DNA from: Gammaproteobacteria bacterium
GTDB lineage: Bacteria > Pseudomonadota > Gammaproteobacteria > Eutrophobiales > Eutrophobiaceae
DNA length: 59,810 bases
Direction of reading: 5' to 3'
Assembly (NCBI GenBank): GCA_046757565.1
Contig: JBHHYN010000005.1
Coordinates: 1 to 59,810 of the forward strand
A model generated the notes under the pieces. The model had not been told where the DNA came from, did not search any database, and saw only the letters and a program-made list of their open reading frames with translations. How positions within the stretch are numbered: position 1 is the first letter of the stretch; each line of letters begins with the position of its first letter. Made by a program: the position numbers and the translations under genes. Below, piece by piece: positions 1 through 11,910 of the stretch.

Positions 1-57
1 TAATCAGTTTTTATTCAAAAGTCTTTCTTGTTAACCCACAGATTCTGCTGAAGATCC
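1..57. mobile_element. Right end of an ISL3-type MITE, truncated by the window edge
   Basis: 56/57 nt identical to 58502-58558; ends in the TIR ...AACCCACAGATTCTGCTGAAGATCC. Confidence 0.85.
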
Positions 58-194
58 ACGCATTTCAGCAACGGGACAACTCCCCGTAGACGATCAAACG
101 GAATAAGAGCAACGCTCCCGTTTGGGAATCCTATTGCTAACGACCTCGCGACGCGACCGCGGCGAATAATTTTACAGCATTGAGACTTTGGTAA

Positions 195-1607
195 TTATAT
201 ATCGAAATAGAGGTAAAACTCCCAGGGATGCGGACGCAGATTGACTTCATCAATCTCATTGGTCCGTTTATAGTCAATCCATGTTTCCAGCAAATCTTCA
301 GTAAACACGCCCCCTTTCAACAGAAACTTATGATCTGCCTCAAGTGCGTCGAGGGCTGCATCAAGGGAAGCGGGTACAGTCTTTATCTTTTTACGGATAC
401 TGGCCGGCAGATCATACATATTCTTGTCAATGGGCTCACCCGGATCAATCTTGTTCTCGATACCGTCCAGACCCGCCATGAGCATAGCGGAGAAAGCAAG
501 ATACGGATTACAGGATGGATCCGGAGGTCTGAATTCTACCCGCTTTGCCTGGGGGCTCTCGTTATACATGGGTATCCTGCAGGCCGCACTGCGGTTCCGC
601 TGGGAATAGGCCAGATTGACCGGCGCCTCGAACCCCGGCACGAGCCGCTTATAGGAATTGGTACTGGGGGCAGCGAAGGCCATTAGAGCCGGTGCATGTT
701 TCAGCAAACCGCCGATATAGTACTGGCAGACCTTCGATGTCAACGCATAGCCTGATTTTGCAAAGAAAATATTCTTGCCGTTTTTCGAGAGACTTTGATG
801 CACATGCATACCCGTACCGTTATCGTTAAAAACAGGTTTGGGCATAAACGTAGCGACTTTCCCGTATTTGCGCGCCGTGTTTTTTACCATATATTTATAC
901 ACCATCAGACTATCCGCCATCTTCACGAGTGGTGCGTAGCGCATATCGATCTCACATTGACCGGCAGTTGCCACCTCATGATGGTGGACCTCAACGGGAA
1001 TACCTGTGGCCGCTATATTCAAGACCATCTCAGAGCGAATATCCTGCAGGGTATCGTGTGGCGGCACCGGAAAGTAACCCTCCTTGTGCCGCGGTTTATA
1101 GGCAAGATTGGGGTTTTCCTCCTTGCCGGAATTCCAGATCGCTTCAACCGAATCCACCGAATAGAAGCCACCGCTGGAATCCTGGGCAAAACGCACGTCA
1201 TCAAAGACGAAAAATTCGGGTTCCGGTCCGAAATAGGCCGTATCGGCGATACCTGTCGATTTCAGATAGATATCGGCCTTTTTAGCAATTTGCCTGGGAC
1301 TGCGTGAATAGGGCATAAGGCCGGGTTCCAGGACATCACAGGTAACACTGAGGGTTGGAATTTTGCAAAACGGATCAACGAATGCAGTATCTACATCCGG
1401 GAGTAATACCATATCGGATTCCTGGATCTCCTGAAAACCCCGAATTGAAGAACCATCGAAACCGATACCATCATCAAATAAACCCTTATTGACCTCATCC
1501 GTAGTTGTTGAAAAGTGCTGCCATAAACCCGGCATGTCGGTAAATTTGTAATCGATGATATTGATGTTATGACGTTTTATGAGTTCCTTAAGTTTGGAAA
1601 GAGACAT
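195..1607 (-). CDS. glnA: Glutamine synthetase type I
   Basis: 470 aa; motifs [56 protein letters not shown]; RBS GAGGAGG upstream. Confidence 0.97.
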   Translation of the reverse strand: MSLSKLKELIKRHNINIIDYKFTDMPGLWQHFSTTTDEVNKGLFDDGIGFDGSSIRGFQEIQESDMVLLPDVDTAFVDPFCKIPTLSVTCDVLEPGLMPYSRSPRQIAKKADIYLKSTGIADTAYFGPEPEFFVFDDVRFAQDSSGGFYSVDSVEAIWNSGKEENPNLAYKPRHKEGYFPVPPHDTLQDIRSEMVLNIAATGIPVEVHHHEVATAGQCEIDMRYAPLVKMADSLMVYKYMVKNTARKYGKVATFMPKPVFNDNGTGMHVHQSLSKNGKNIFFAKSGYALTSKVCQYYIGGLLKHAPALMAFAAPSTNSYKRLVPGFEAPVNLAYSQRNRSAACRIPMYNESPQAKRVEFRPPDPSCNPYLAFSAMLMAGLDGIENKIDPGEPIDKNMYDLPASIRKKIKTVPASLDAALDALEADHKFLLKGGVFTEDLLETWIDYKRTNEIDEVNLRPHPWEFYLYFDI

Positions 1608-1786
1608 GGTTACCTCCTCATTATTAGTTAATTAGTGACTTTCTACAGAACAAATTCAAGTAAGGGCCATGTTGATAACCGGTTCGCCAGGTGAATGCTA
1701 AAAAATGATGACACCCCATAGTAGCCATGCCCTGGGCAATAACGGGACAGGTGCCTGTTACCGAAATTTTTCATTTTTTTCACCAG

Positions 1787-1802
1787 TGCAGATTATGTGC
1801 CA
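1787..1802 (-). promoter_or_regulatory. Sigma54 -24/-12 promoter of glnA
   Basis: Minus strand reads TGGCACATAATCTGCA, matching TGGCAC-N5-TTGCA with exact GG-N10-GC spacing. Confidence 0.85.
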
Positions 1803-1864
1803 TAACCCGGATCCGGGAAATGCCATGGATATCAATAAAATAAGGTTATGTACCCCCTGCCAAT

Positions 1865-1911
1865 TGCACTATTGTTGTGCGATAACAGATATCTTGCACT
1901 ATATTAGTGCA
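1865..1911. promoter_or_regulatory. Tandem NtrC binding sites (enhancer)
   Basis: TGCACTATTGTTGTGCG (1865-1881) and TGCACTATATTAGTGCA (1895-1911), 30 bp apart, upstream of the sigma54 site. Confidence 0.85.
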
Positions 1912-1943
1912 TTTTATTACTCAGTATATTTTGAATCATCAAC

Positions 1944-1969
1944 ATCCCCACAGCAAGCTGACGGGATAT
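1944..1969. repeat. Hairpin repeat, same family as 14874-14904
   Basis: ATCCCCACAGCAAGCTGACGGGATAT versus ACCCCCGCAGCAAGCTGACGGGGTAT. Confidence 0.7.
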
Positions 1970-2116
1970 CGGGTTTCCACGGAGGCACAGCGTTAATTAT
2001 CTTTCATTAACAACCGCCGTGTCTAATCCTAACTCCATTCACGGCACGGTTACTACCCCACCATCCCTGTGTTCACGACTCCGGTCCATCCATTACCGGG
2101 TCCCCGGTCCGGTGTT

Positions 2117-3364
2117 TCAGGGCAACATGGTTTCCCCGGTCATTAAAGACCTCATCGTTTGCCGGCGCCGTATTTCAAAGGCCCTGTCGCCATCGATCAT
2201 GATCTCGGCCACCCTGGGCCGGCTATTGTAGTTGGAACTCATACAGAATCCATAGGCCCCGGCGGAACAAACAGCCAGCATGTCCCCTTCACGCAGGGCC
2301 AATTCCCTGTCCAGACCGATAAAATCAGCCGACTCACACACAGGTCCCACAATATCGTAGCGTACCGGCACGGCATCAGAATGCTGCCTGAGCGGCAAGA
2401 TCTCTTGCCAGGCTTCATACAAGGCGGGACGCAACAGATCGTTCATGGCAGCATCGACAACTGCAAAATTCTTACCGCTATTCTCTTTCAGATATTCAAC
2501 GCGGGTCAACAAGATGCCGGCATTACCGGTGATAGACCGGCCGGGCGCCAATAATATCTGCCTGGACCCGTCTGCAAGGACCGCACACAGTGCCCGGACA
2601 AACTCCTGCGGAGAAGGTGGTGTCTCATCATGGTAACGGATACCGAGACCACCGCCGATATCAATATGTTGTAATTCCACACCCCGGGCCCTCAATGCCT
2701 CCATCAAGCCAGTGAGCCGGTCCATGGCATCCAGATAGGGCGCCAGTGTCGTGATCTGGGAGCCGATATGAGAGGCAATGCCCGTAACCCGGATATGCCG
2801 CAGTGACCGCGCCATATCGTAGACATCCATGGCTTCCTCACAGGGGATACCGAATTTATTCTCCTTCAGTCCGGTGGCGATATAGTGATGGGTCTTTGCA
2901 TCCACGTCCGGATTGACGCGAAGCGCCACAGGTGCAATGCTGTTCACTCCGGCAGCGACCTCATGCAACCTTAGCAGCTCCGATCTTGATTCGATATTAA
3001 AACATTTAATCCCGGCCTGTAGTGCACGAGCTATCTCTGCGCGGCTTTTACCTACTCCGGAAAAAACAATTTGAGAAGTCTCGGCGCCCGCTTTCAGCGC
3101 CCGTTCAAGTTCGCCGGCAGAGACGATATCGAAACCTGATCCGAGCCGGGCAAGGATGTTCAACACAGCAAGATTGCTGTTAGCCTTCACCGCATAACAG
3201 ATCAGATGTGGCCGCCCGGCGAAGGCCAGATCGTATGCCTGCCACTGTTGTTCGATGGCGGCACGGGAATAGACGTAACACGGCGTACCAAAGCGCTCGG
3301 CTATATCGGCCAAAGATACATCTTCGGCGGCAAGTTGGCCGTTCACATAGCCAAAGTGTTGCAT
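2117..3364 (-). CDS. lysA: Diaminopimelate decarboxylase
   Basis: 415 aa; YAVKANSN (PLP lysine), HIGSQ, DIGGG, GPVCESAD, GAYG..MSSNYN.RPR; the EPGR motif reads APGR. Confidence 0.95.
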   Translation of the reverse strand: MQHFGYVNGQLAAEDVSLADIAERFGTPCYVYSRAAIEQQWQAYDLAFAGRPHLICYAVKANSNLAVLNILARLGSGFDIVSAGELERALKAGAETSQIVFSGVGKSRAEIARALQAGIKCFNIESRSELLRLHEVAAGVNSIAPVALRVNPDVDAKTHHYIATGLKENKFGIPCEEAMDVYDMARSLRHIRVTGIASHIGSQITTLAPYLDAMDRLTGLMEALRARGVELQHIDIGGGLGIRYHDETPPSPQEFVRALCAVLADGSRQILLAPGRSITGNAGILLTRVEYLKENSGKNFAVVDAAMNDLLRPALYEAWQEILPLRQHSDAVPVRYDIVGPVCESADFIGLDRELALREGDMLAVCSAGAYGFCMSSNYNSRPRVAEIMIDGDRAFEIRRRQTMRSLMTGETMLP

Positions 3365-3369
3365 GGTGG

Positions 3370-3516
3370 TTAGCCGGGAAGAAGAGATTTGCTTGATGTA
3401 AGCTGTTTGTTATCCGGTAAATAGAGATCGCCCTTTTGACCGCAAGCAGGCAGTAATAACACAAATAAAAGCAATATCATTACCTGTTTCTGGCGCAAAA
3501 TAAGACGCGGGCTCAT
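3370..3516 (-). CDS. lptM: Small lipoprotein LptM/YifL (48 aa, absent from the ORF track)
   Basis: Manual translation MSPRLILRQKQVMILLLFVLLLPACGQKGDLYLPDNKQLTSSKSLLPG; lipobox plus CGQKGDLYLP signature; directly upstream of lysA. Confidence 0.9.
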   Translation of the reverse strand: MSPRLILRQKQVMILLLFVLLLPACGQKGDLYLPDNKQLTSSKSLLPG

Positions 3517-3621
3517 GCTTTATTTCCTGCTATTTTCTGATAAAACACTATTGTATATAAAATAAAACAAAATCGCTTATTCATTTTCGTCATCAATCTT
3601 CAATCAAACCTCCTGATTGGG

Positions 3622-3915
3622 TTAGCCTGCATATTGCGCCAGGGCGCTATGATAATCAGCGAATAGCTTACCTGATAATGGTTTTAACGATTTTGTCTCG
3701 TACACAGTTTGTCCCGGACGCTGCTAATCGCGCCCTCGCTTGTTCTGGTCCCGCAAAACGCACATACTCCCTCAACCATATGAATAACTATGCTTTCGGT
3801 CGTGAGCATGTTTTGCCGGGACCGGCCCGTCTTTCGCGAGGCGTGGCACAGGGATGTGCCGTTTACAGAGCGAAGGATGCATCTTCGCGATTCCTTGGTG
3901 CAATATACGGGCTAG
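3622..3915. mobile_element. MITE-like element with imperfect TIRs
   Basis: Left TTAGCCTGCATATTGCGCCAGGG versus reverse complement of right end CTAGCCCGTATATTGCACCAAGG (18/23); internal hairpin GGCACAGGGATGTGCC; abuts rhlB stop. Confidence 0.65.
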
Positions 3916-5178
3916 TTATTTGTGCTGCCTGCGGCGTGCCATGCCTCCCCGTTTTTTGCTTGCAGGCCGCGATGTTTTTCGTCTGGGCCGTACCGGGGCG
4001 GACGGCGTGACGAACAAATCAGGGGTGATAGACGCCGTTGGTATCTTATGCCCGATGTACTCCTCAATTTCATGCAGTGAGTAGACGAATTCATCACAGA
4101 TCAGACTCAGTGCATGGCCGCTGGCACCTGCCCTGGCTGTGCGCCCTATCCTATGCACATAATCTTCAGGATTTTGGGGCATGTCGAAGTTCACTACATG
4201 ACTGATGTCCGGGATATGCAGGCCACGCGAAGCGAGGTCGGTTGCTACGAGAATAGGGATATCACCGTTTAAAAACCCCTGGGAAATGCGTTGACGTCTG
4301 CTTTGCGGGACATCACCCGACAACACTCCTGCATGATAGCCGTTACTCTCAAGATAGCCCCATACCGATTCTGCGGTTCTCTTTGTGTTGACAAAAACAA
4401 GAGTGCGTTGTGGCTTGATGCGCTTCAGCAATCCCAGGAGCAGAGCTATCTTTTCATCACTGGAAACATGGTATCCAAGCTGTTTGACCCTGTCGGCCGT
4501 TATCTGCTCCGGTCTGATCCTGATGACCTTTGGATTATTCATATGTTCGTAGGCCAATTCAGTAACCCGCCAGCTTAAGGTAGCTGAAAACAACATATTC
4601 AGACGTTTCTCCGGCTTTGGCATACGCCGCAGCAGATAACGCACATCTCGGATAAAGCCAAGATCGAACATGCGATCCGCTTCGTCAAGCACCATGATCC
4701 TGATATCTTTCAGCCGAAAGACCTTTTGTTTGTGATAATCGATCAATCTCCCCGGCGTCCCAATCAGGATATCCACACCCTGCTCGAGCAAGTCCCGCTG
4801 CTTCGCGTAATCTACCCCGCCATAAACCAACCCGAGTCTGAATCCGGTATATTGGTTCAACTGCCGGGCGTCATTATGGATTTGTATGGCAAGCTCACGC
4901 GTTGGCGAAATGATTAAGGCGCGTAATTGAACGTTTTTATTGTTTTCCTGTTTCCGCTGCCAGAGCAGGTGATGCATGGTAGCCAGAAGATAGGCTGCGG
5001 TTTTCCCTGTTCCGGTCTGCGCCTGACCGGCAATATCTCCGCCGGCCAGCATCACGGGCAGGGTCTCCGCCTGTATCGGGGTACAGTGCGTAAAACCTAC
5101 GGATTCCAGAGCCTTATGCAAATTATGATGCAGGGGTAACGTGCTGAATAGGGCTTCTGCTGTATCAGGGAGTGCCAT
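3916..5178 (-). CDS. rhlB: DEAD-box RNA helicase RhlB
   Basis: AQTGTGKT, PTRELA, DEADRMFDLGF, SAT, HRIGRTAR; conserved position divergent from trxA-rho. Confidence 0.93.
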   Translation of the reverse strand: MALPDTAEALFSTLPLHHNLHKALESVGFTHCTPIQAETLPVMLAGGDIAGQAQTGTGKTAAYLLATMHHLLWQRKQENNKNVQLRALIISPTRELAIQIHNDARQLNQYTGFRLGLVYGGVDYAKQRDLLEQGVDILIGTPGRLIDYHKQKVFRLKDIRIMVLDEADRMFDLGFIRDVRYLLRRMPKPEKRLNMLFSATLSWRVTELAYEHMNNPKVIRIRPEQITADRVKQLGYHVSSDEKIALLLGLLKRIKPQRTLVFVNTKRTAESVWGYLESNGYHAGVLSGDVPQSRRQRISQGFLNGDIPILVATDLASRGLHIPDISHVVNFDMPQNPEDYVHRIGRTARAGASGHALSLICDEFVYSLHEIEEYIGHKIPTASITPDLFVTPSAPVRPRRKTSRPASKKRGGMARRRQHK

Positions 5179-5199
5179 TAGTTTTCCCGTTTTATTATT

Positions 5200-5383
5200 T
5201 TAAGGAAACCCCGATTAAATCATCCATGTTTGAATCGGAGGCGGGAAATGAAAACGTATCTGTAGCAAGCCCTGTTGGAGCACGGTTTCCATTTCCATCA
5301 GAATTTCAATCACTTATTGTTCCTTAACCCCGGCATTAACGCCCTGTAAGGCTGGAATATTCGATTAACCAGGGATCCATTAA
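5200..5383. mobile_element. Possible degenerate IS5-type MITE
   Basis: TAAGGAAACCCCGATTAA versus reverse complement TAATGGATCCCTGGTTAA (13/18), TTAA at both ends. Confidence 0.35.
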
Positions 5384-5464
5384 TGTTCTGCCCGGCTTGC
5401 ATTCAAAAGATAATTCCGATGAAATGACGATTCTATACTCCATGATTGAGGTGAAGAAGCTACA

Positions 5465-5791
5465 ATGAATGACAATATTATCCATGTTACCGACTCAACA
5501 TTCGAAGATGAAGTATTAAGTTCCGACACACCCGTTATCGTCGATTACTGGGCTGAATGGTGCGGACCATGCAGAATGGTTGCTCCAATCCTGGATGAAG
5601 TAGCCGAAGAATATAACGGTAAACTTACCATCGCCAAAATCAATATCGATGAAAATCAGGAGACGCCTCAAAAATATGCGGTCCGTGGTATACCGACATT
5701 GATGATTTTCAAGAACGGAGAAGTCGCAGGGACCAAGGTCGGGGCCATGTCAAAGTCGCAATTATCAGCATTTATTGACAGTGTGATATAA
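5465..5791 (+). CDS. trxA: Thioredoxin 1
   Basis: 108 aa, [13 protein letters not shown]; upstream of rho. Confidence 0.97.
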   Translation: MNDNIIHVTDSTFEDEVLSSDTPVIVDYWAEWCGPCRMVAPILDEVAEEYNGKLTIAKINIDENQETPQKYAVRGIPTLMIFKNGEVAGTKVGAMSKSQLSAFIDSVI

Positions 5792-5797
5792 AAATAC

Positions 5798-5826
5798 TGG
5801 ACGTTTCCACAATGACGTGCTAAGTT
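5798..5826 (+). promoter_or_regulatory. Putative sigma70 promoter of rho
   Basis: TGGACG-N17-TAAGTT with extended -10 TG, about 125 nt upstream of rho. Confidence 0.55.
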
Positions 5827-5950
5827 CTATATGTAATAACAGCCTGTCTGACTGATTCCCTCATAGCATAATTTAGCAGAATCTATCCACGTTAGCGCGT
5901 CGTGCGCGTGTAATGGTATTAGTTGTAATGCCCAATTAATTCAGGATCCA

Positions 5951-7210
5951 ATGAATCTTACAGAACTAAAACAACAACCCGCATCACAATTAATTGACCT
6001 CTCCGTAACACTCGGTCTTGATGGTCTGGCACGCCATAGAAAACAGGACGTTATCTTTGAAATCCTGAAGGCGCATGCCAAAAAGGGCGAAGATATTTAT
6101 GGTGATGGCGTGCTGGAGATACTCCAGGACGGATTTGGTTTTCTGCGTTCAGCCGACAGTTCCTATCTGGCCGGTCCCGATGACATCTATGTATCACCGA
6201 GCCAGATACGCCGGTTCAACCTCAGGACCGGAGACAATGTTGCCGGAAAAATCCGTCCGCCCAAGGATGGTGAACGGTACTTTGCACTGCTCAAGGTCAA
6301 AGAAGTCAATTTTGAGACCCCGGAGAAATCAAAGCACAAGATCCTGTATGAAAACCTGACACCGCTGTTCGCCCATGATCGGCTTACTCTGGAACTGGGC
6401 AACGGCAGTACCGAGGATCTGACCCCACGCATCATTGATCTGGTTGCTCCCATTGGAAAGGGCCAACGTGGCCTCATCGTGTCGCCGCCGAAAGCCGGTA
6501 AAACCATGATCCTCCAGTCTATTGCGCAATCCATCACGCATAACCATCCCGAGTGCCACTTGACCGTATTGCTCATTGATGAGCGTCCTGAAGAAGTTAC
6601 CGAAATGCAACGTTCAGTCAGGGGCGAAGTGATATCCAGCACCTTCGATGAACCGGCAAGCCGGCATGTCCAGGTTGCGGAAATGGTCATTGAACGGGTG
6701 AAACGATTGGTGGAACACAAAAAAAATGCCGTCATCCTGCTTGACTCAATTACGCGGCTGGCCCGCGCCTACAACACCGTCGTCCCTGCCTCAGGAAAAG
6801 TACTGACCGGTGGGGTTGATGCCAATGCCTTGCAGAGGCCAAAACGCTTCTTTGGGGCCGCACGAAATATTGAGGAAGGAGGCAGTCTGACGATTATCGC
6901 CACAGCACTCATTGATACCGGCTCCCGCATGGATGATGTTATTTACGAAGAGTTCAAGGGTACCGGCAATATGGAACTCCATCTGGATCGCGAGATTTCG
7001 GAGAAGCGGATCTATCCGGCCATAAATATCAACCGGTCCGGGACACGCAAGGAAGAATTACTTACGGAAAAAGATGAACTACAGAAGATGTGGATCCTGC
7101 GTAAACTCCTGCACCCCATGGAACCCATCGGGGCAATGGAGTTCCTGCTGGAACGGCTCAAGGCAACAAAAAACAATTCGGAATTCTTTGATGCAATGAA
7201 GCGTCAGTGA
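5951..7210 (+). CDS. rho: Transcription termination factor Rho
   Basis: 419 aa; [44 protein letters not shown]. Confidence 0.98.
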   Translation: MNLTELKQQPASQLIDLSVTLGLDGLARHRKQDVIFEILKAHAKKGEDIYGDGVLEILQDGFGFLRSADSSYLAGPDDIYVSPSQIRRFNLRTGDNVAGKIRPPKDGERYFALLKVKEVNFETPEKSKHKILYENLTPLFAHDRLTLELGNGSTEDLTPRIIDLVAPIGKGQRGLIVSPPKAGKTMILQSIAQSITHNHPECHLTVLLIDERPEEVTEMQRSVRGEVISSTFDEPASRHVQVAEMVIERVKRLVEHKKNAVILLDSITRLARAYNTVVPASGKVLTGGVDANALQRPKRFFGAARNIEEGGSLTIIATALIDTGSRMDDVIYEEFKGTGNMELHLDREISEKRIYPAININRSGTRKEELLTEKDELQKMWILRKLLHPMEPIGAMEFLLERLKATKNNSEFFDAMKRQ

Positions 7211-7860
7211 AGGTAGTTAATACGCCGCAACTTATCATCCAGATTCAAGCGGTAAAAGCGCCGCAATTCCCCCAGTAATACCCGCTCGTTGCCGTTTCTG
7301 AAATAGGATCTGGATTCCAGATACCAGCAATACTTCTCTGCCAGATTATTTGCATCACGATAGCGTTGAAATTCCCGTGCCGATAACTCCCCATGGAAGT
7401 GTATTGACTCAAACAACAAGCGCCTGAGTTGTCCCGGTGCAGGGCGCTTGAATTGCTCTTCCAGGTAACTAACCAGCATGATGAACTTATCAATTTCTGC
7501 CTGCAATTCCATCTCCAGCATGGTCACACTTCGATCATATGATGCATTCCATACGAGATAGAGAAAATGGCTGATCCCCTCCAATGCCAGACAGAAATCG
7601 CTCAGGTTTCCATTATGTAAGTGCAAGGCCGGGTCATCATCATGCAGTGTTTTAATAATTCCGTCGTGCAGATAGAGTGACAGATGAAGTTCTTCCTTGT
7701 ATTGATATACCAACAGCTTCTCTTTTCTATTTTTACACGGCGCGCTGGATTCCAGACTCGCTGCAACGTCCCAATCAGTGATTAGATAATTATTGATATT
7801 ATGCGCTAAATCCAACTCGTAGATATCTTGTAAGCGCTGCTGAAGTTGGGCCAGTGACAT
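7204..7860 (-). CDS. Hypothetical protein with zincin-like ExxxH...ELQAE motif
   Basis: 218 aa ORF, 8 bp downstream of its partner gene; LALEGISHF and ELQAEIDKF; overlaps the rho stop convergently. Confidence 0.8.
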   Translation of the reverse strand: MSLAQLQQRLQDIYELDLAHNINNYLITDWDVAASLESSAPCKNRKEKLLVYQYKEELHLSLYLHDGIIKTLHDDDPALHLHNGNLSDFCLALEGISHFLYLVWNASYDRSVTMLEMELQAEIDKFIMLVSYLEEQFKRPAPGQLRRLLFESIHFHGELSAREFQRYRDANNLAEKYCWYLESRSYFRNGNERVLLGELRRFYRLNLDDKLRRINYLH

Positions 7861-7868
7861 AAGTACTA

Positions 7869-8492
7869 CTAATGCGTAAGCCGCCGGGTTTTTACCGGGT
7901 GTATACCCAGCTTTTGTAATCTGCCTGCTGCATGTTTACTGCCGGTACTCACCCAGATTTCATAAAGCCGCATGATATCGCTGCTGTTGTTAAGATTGGC
8001 CTGCTCCGCCACTTCCGCAAGGACATCCACGAATGCAGCAAACCTGCCGGCCAGCTCGACAAATACCCCTTTCAATACGTGGCTTCCCCTTGAGATCCTG
8101 CTGGAATCGGCCAGACAGGCATAAGCAGTGCCGCCCATGGCAATGTAGTAATCCACATCCACCAGGCTGCGGCTGAGACTGTCTGCGAACAGGCCCGAAA
8201 TAAATAATGCCATATCGCCCAACCTTCTCAGAGCATTATCCCTATCAGCGGTGTTACGGGCCTGGACGGCATCAGCATAGAGCAGTGCGAGAGGTTTGAT
8301 CACGGGACCATCGGTTGCCGGCTCATATAAGCGTTCGGCCCGTATAAATGCAGTTAACAAATGGACCAGATAAACGATGGTCTCGTCACAGACCGATAAT
8401 CGCTGGCGGGATAGCGCAGACTGAACTGCGTCTTGAAAAAATTCCCGGGCGTCCAACCGGGTTAGCAGTTGCTCATGACTAAACGGCGTCAT
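7869..8492 (-). CDS. Hypothetical protein, probably helical
   Basis: ORF track 7869..8504; the ATG at 8492 is preceded by GAGG; motifs LRRLGDMALFISGLF, VDVDYYIAMGG.AY, LYEIW. Confidence 0.82.
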   Translation of the reverse strand: MTPFSHEQLLTRLDAREFFQDAVQSALSRQRLSVCDETIVYLVHLLTAFIRAERLYEPATDGPVIKPLALLYADAVQARNTADRDNALRRLGDMALFISGLFADSLSRSLVDVDYYIAMGGTAYACLADSSRISRGSHVLKGVFVELAGRFAAFVDVLAEVAEQANLNNSSDIMRLYEIWVSTGSKHAAGRLQKLGIHPVKTRRLTH

Positions 8493-8601
8493 TTTATACA
8501 GCACCTCAACAATACATAAAATACAGATAGCATAATGAAAATAGCGACGCTACTTTATACTCGCTTTAGAAAACTATCAGAATTGTGACCCATAATGGAA
8601 G

Positions 8602-8625
8602 TTAGCACTCACTCAAAACTGCTGA
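8602..8625. promoter_or_regulatory. CIRCE-like (HrcA operator) element, degenerate
   Basis: Perfect left arm TTAGCACTC, 9 nt, then TGCTGA; consensus right arm is GAGTGCTAA. Confidence 0.45.
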
Positions 8626-8766
8626 TAACAGATCGGACCAGGACAGGTCAGTGTAGACACCAGGAGAAAGCCCGTTGCACATTTTCAGGCAGTTTTTCCC
8701 ATCAGGTAGAAGCATCACCGGTCAGGGTAATATTGCCTGAACAGCAGATATCCTGCAGTTTTACAA

Positions 8767-8792
8767 CTTGATCTGGGCAGATTTACCCATAT
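8767..8792 (+). promoter_or_regulatory. Sigma32 heat-shock promoter of clpB
   Basis: CTTGAT-N13-CCCATAT, 40 nt upstream of the clpB ATG. Confidence 0.65.
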
Positions 8793-8831
8793 CTATTACA
8801 GCAACAGTGTATGTAATTGACCCGGCTGACT

Positions 8832-11420
<2,589 letters not shown>

Positions 11421-11423
<3 letters not shown>

Positions 11424-11700
11424 CGCCTGTCTCAACATCCCGCACGGCTGGCTGCGACGGCGGCATTATGCGTGCAGTGCATGGTGCGGGGGGAGTAGAG
11501 TGGGGTCTAAATGAACGGCGGGCAACGCCACGCTATGCACCCAAGGGCCCCGATCCTGTAAAGGGCTGCGGCCCGGAAGGTGCCGTGGCTGTGTCCGGGC
11601 TTGCCCGGTGCGATGGCTACTTGTGCTGCACCCGGATGCCTTGCCAAGCCACCTGCCGGGCCGGCAACGCGACTCATGGGGGATATTGAGATAGATTCTA
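11421..11700. mobile_element. MITE-like element of about 280 bp with IS5-family-like TIRs
   Basis: TAGCGCCTGTCTCAACATCCCG versus reverse complement TAGAATCTATCTCAATATCCCC (16/22); TA at both ends; left end is the clpB stop codon; GC-rich palindromic interior. Confidence 0.65.
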
Positions 11701-11910
11701 ATAAAATCAATAGGTTATCAGTGTTCCCGAAGACTGAAACAGGTTGTATGACGATATTCTTACCATTCGGGCCAAGGGTGCTGATAGTCAGGGGAGAGAC
11801 ACTACTAAATTGAACCCAATACGGCGAAACCTGATACAATATGTTGGTTATTATCGCCATATAATCTAATATTTAGGCGTTAAACGACAAGAAATCAGGT
11901 AAAGTACCCT

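Noticed and set aside
60-190. Weak hairpins downstream of glnA
   Set aside because: No clean stem with a U-tract and no second copy in the window.
1608-1775. Glutamine riboswitch (glnA motif) in the leader
   Set aside because: I could not find the conserved core by eye; a covariance-model search would be needed.
2030-2116. Degenerate 7-periodic tract after the lysA stop
   Set aside because: Too degenerate to define a repeat unit with confidence.
11468-11860. Short ORFs between clpB and pilB as a possible pilA
   Set aside because: No class III signal peptide (G/FTLIE); they lie largely within the MITE-like element.
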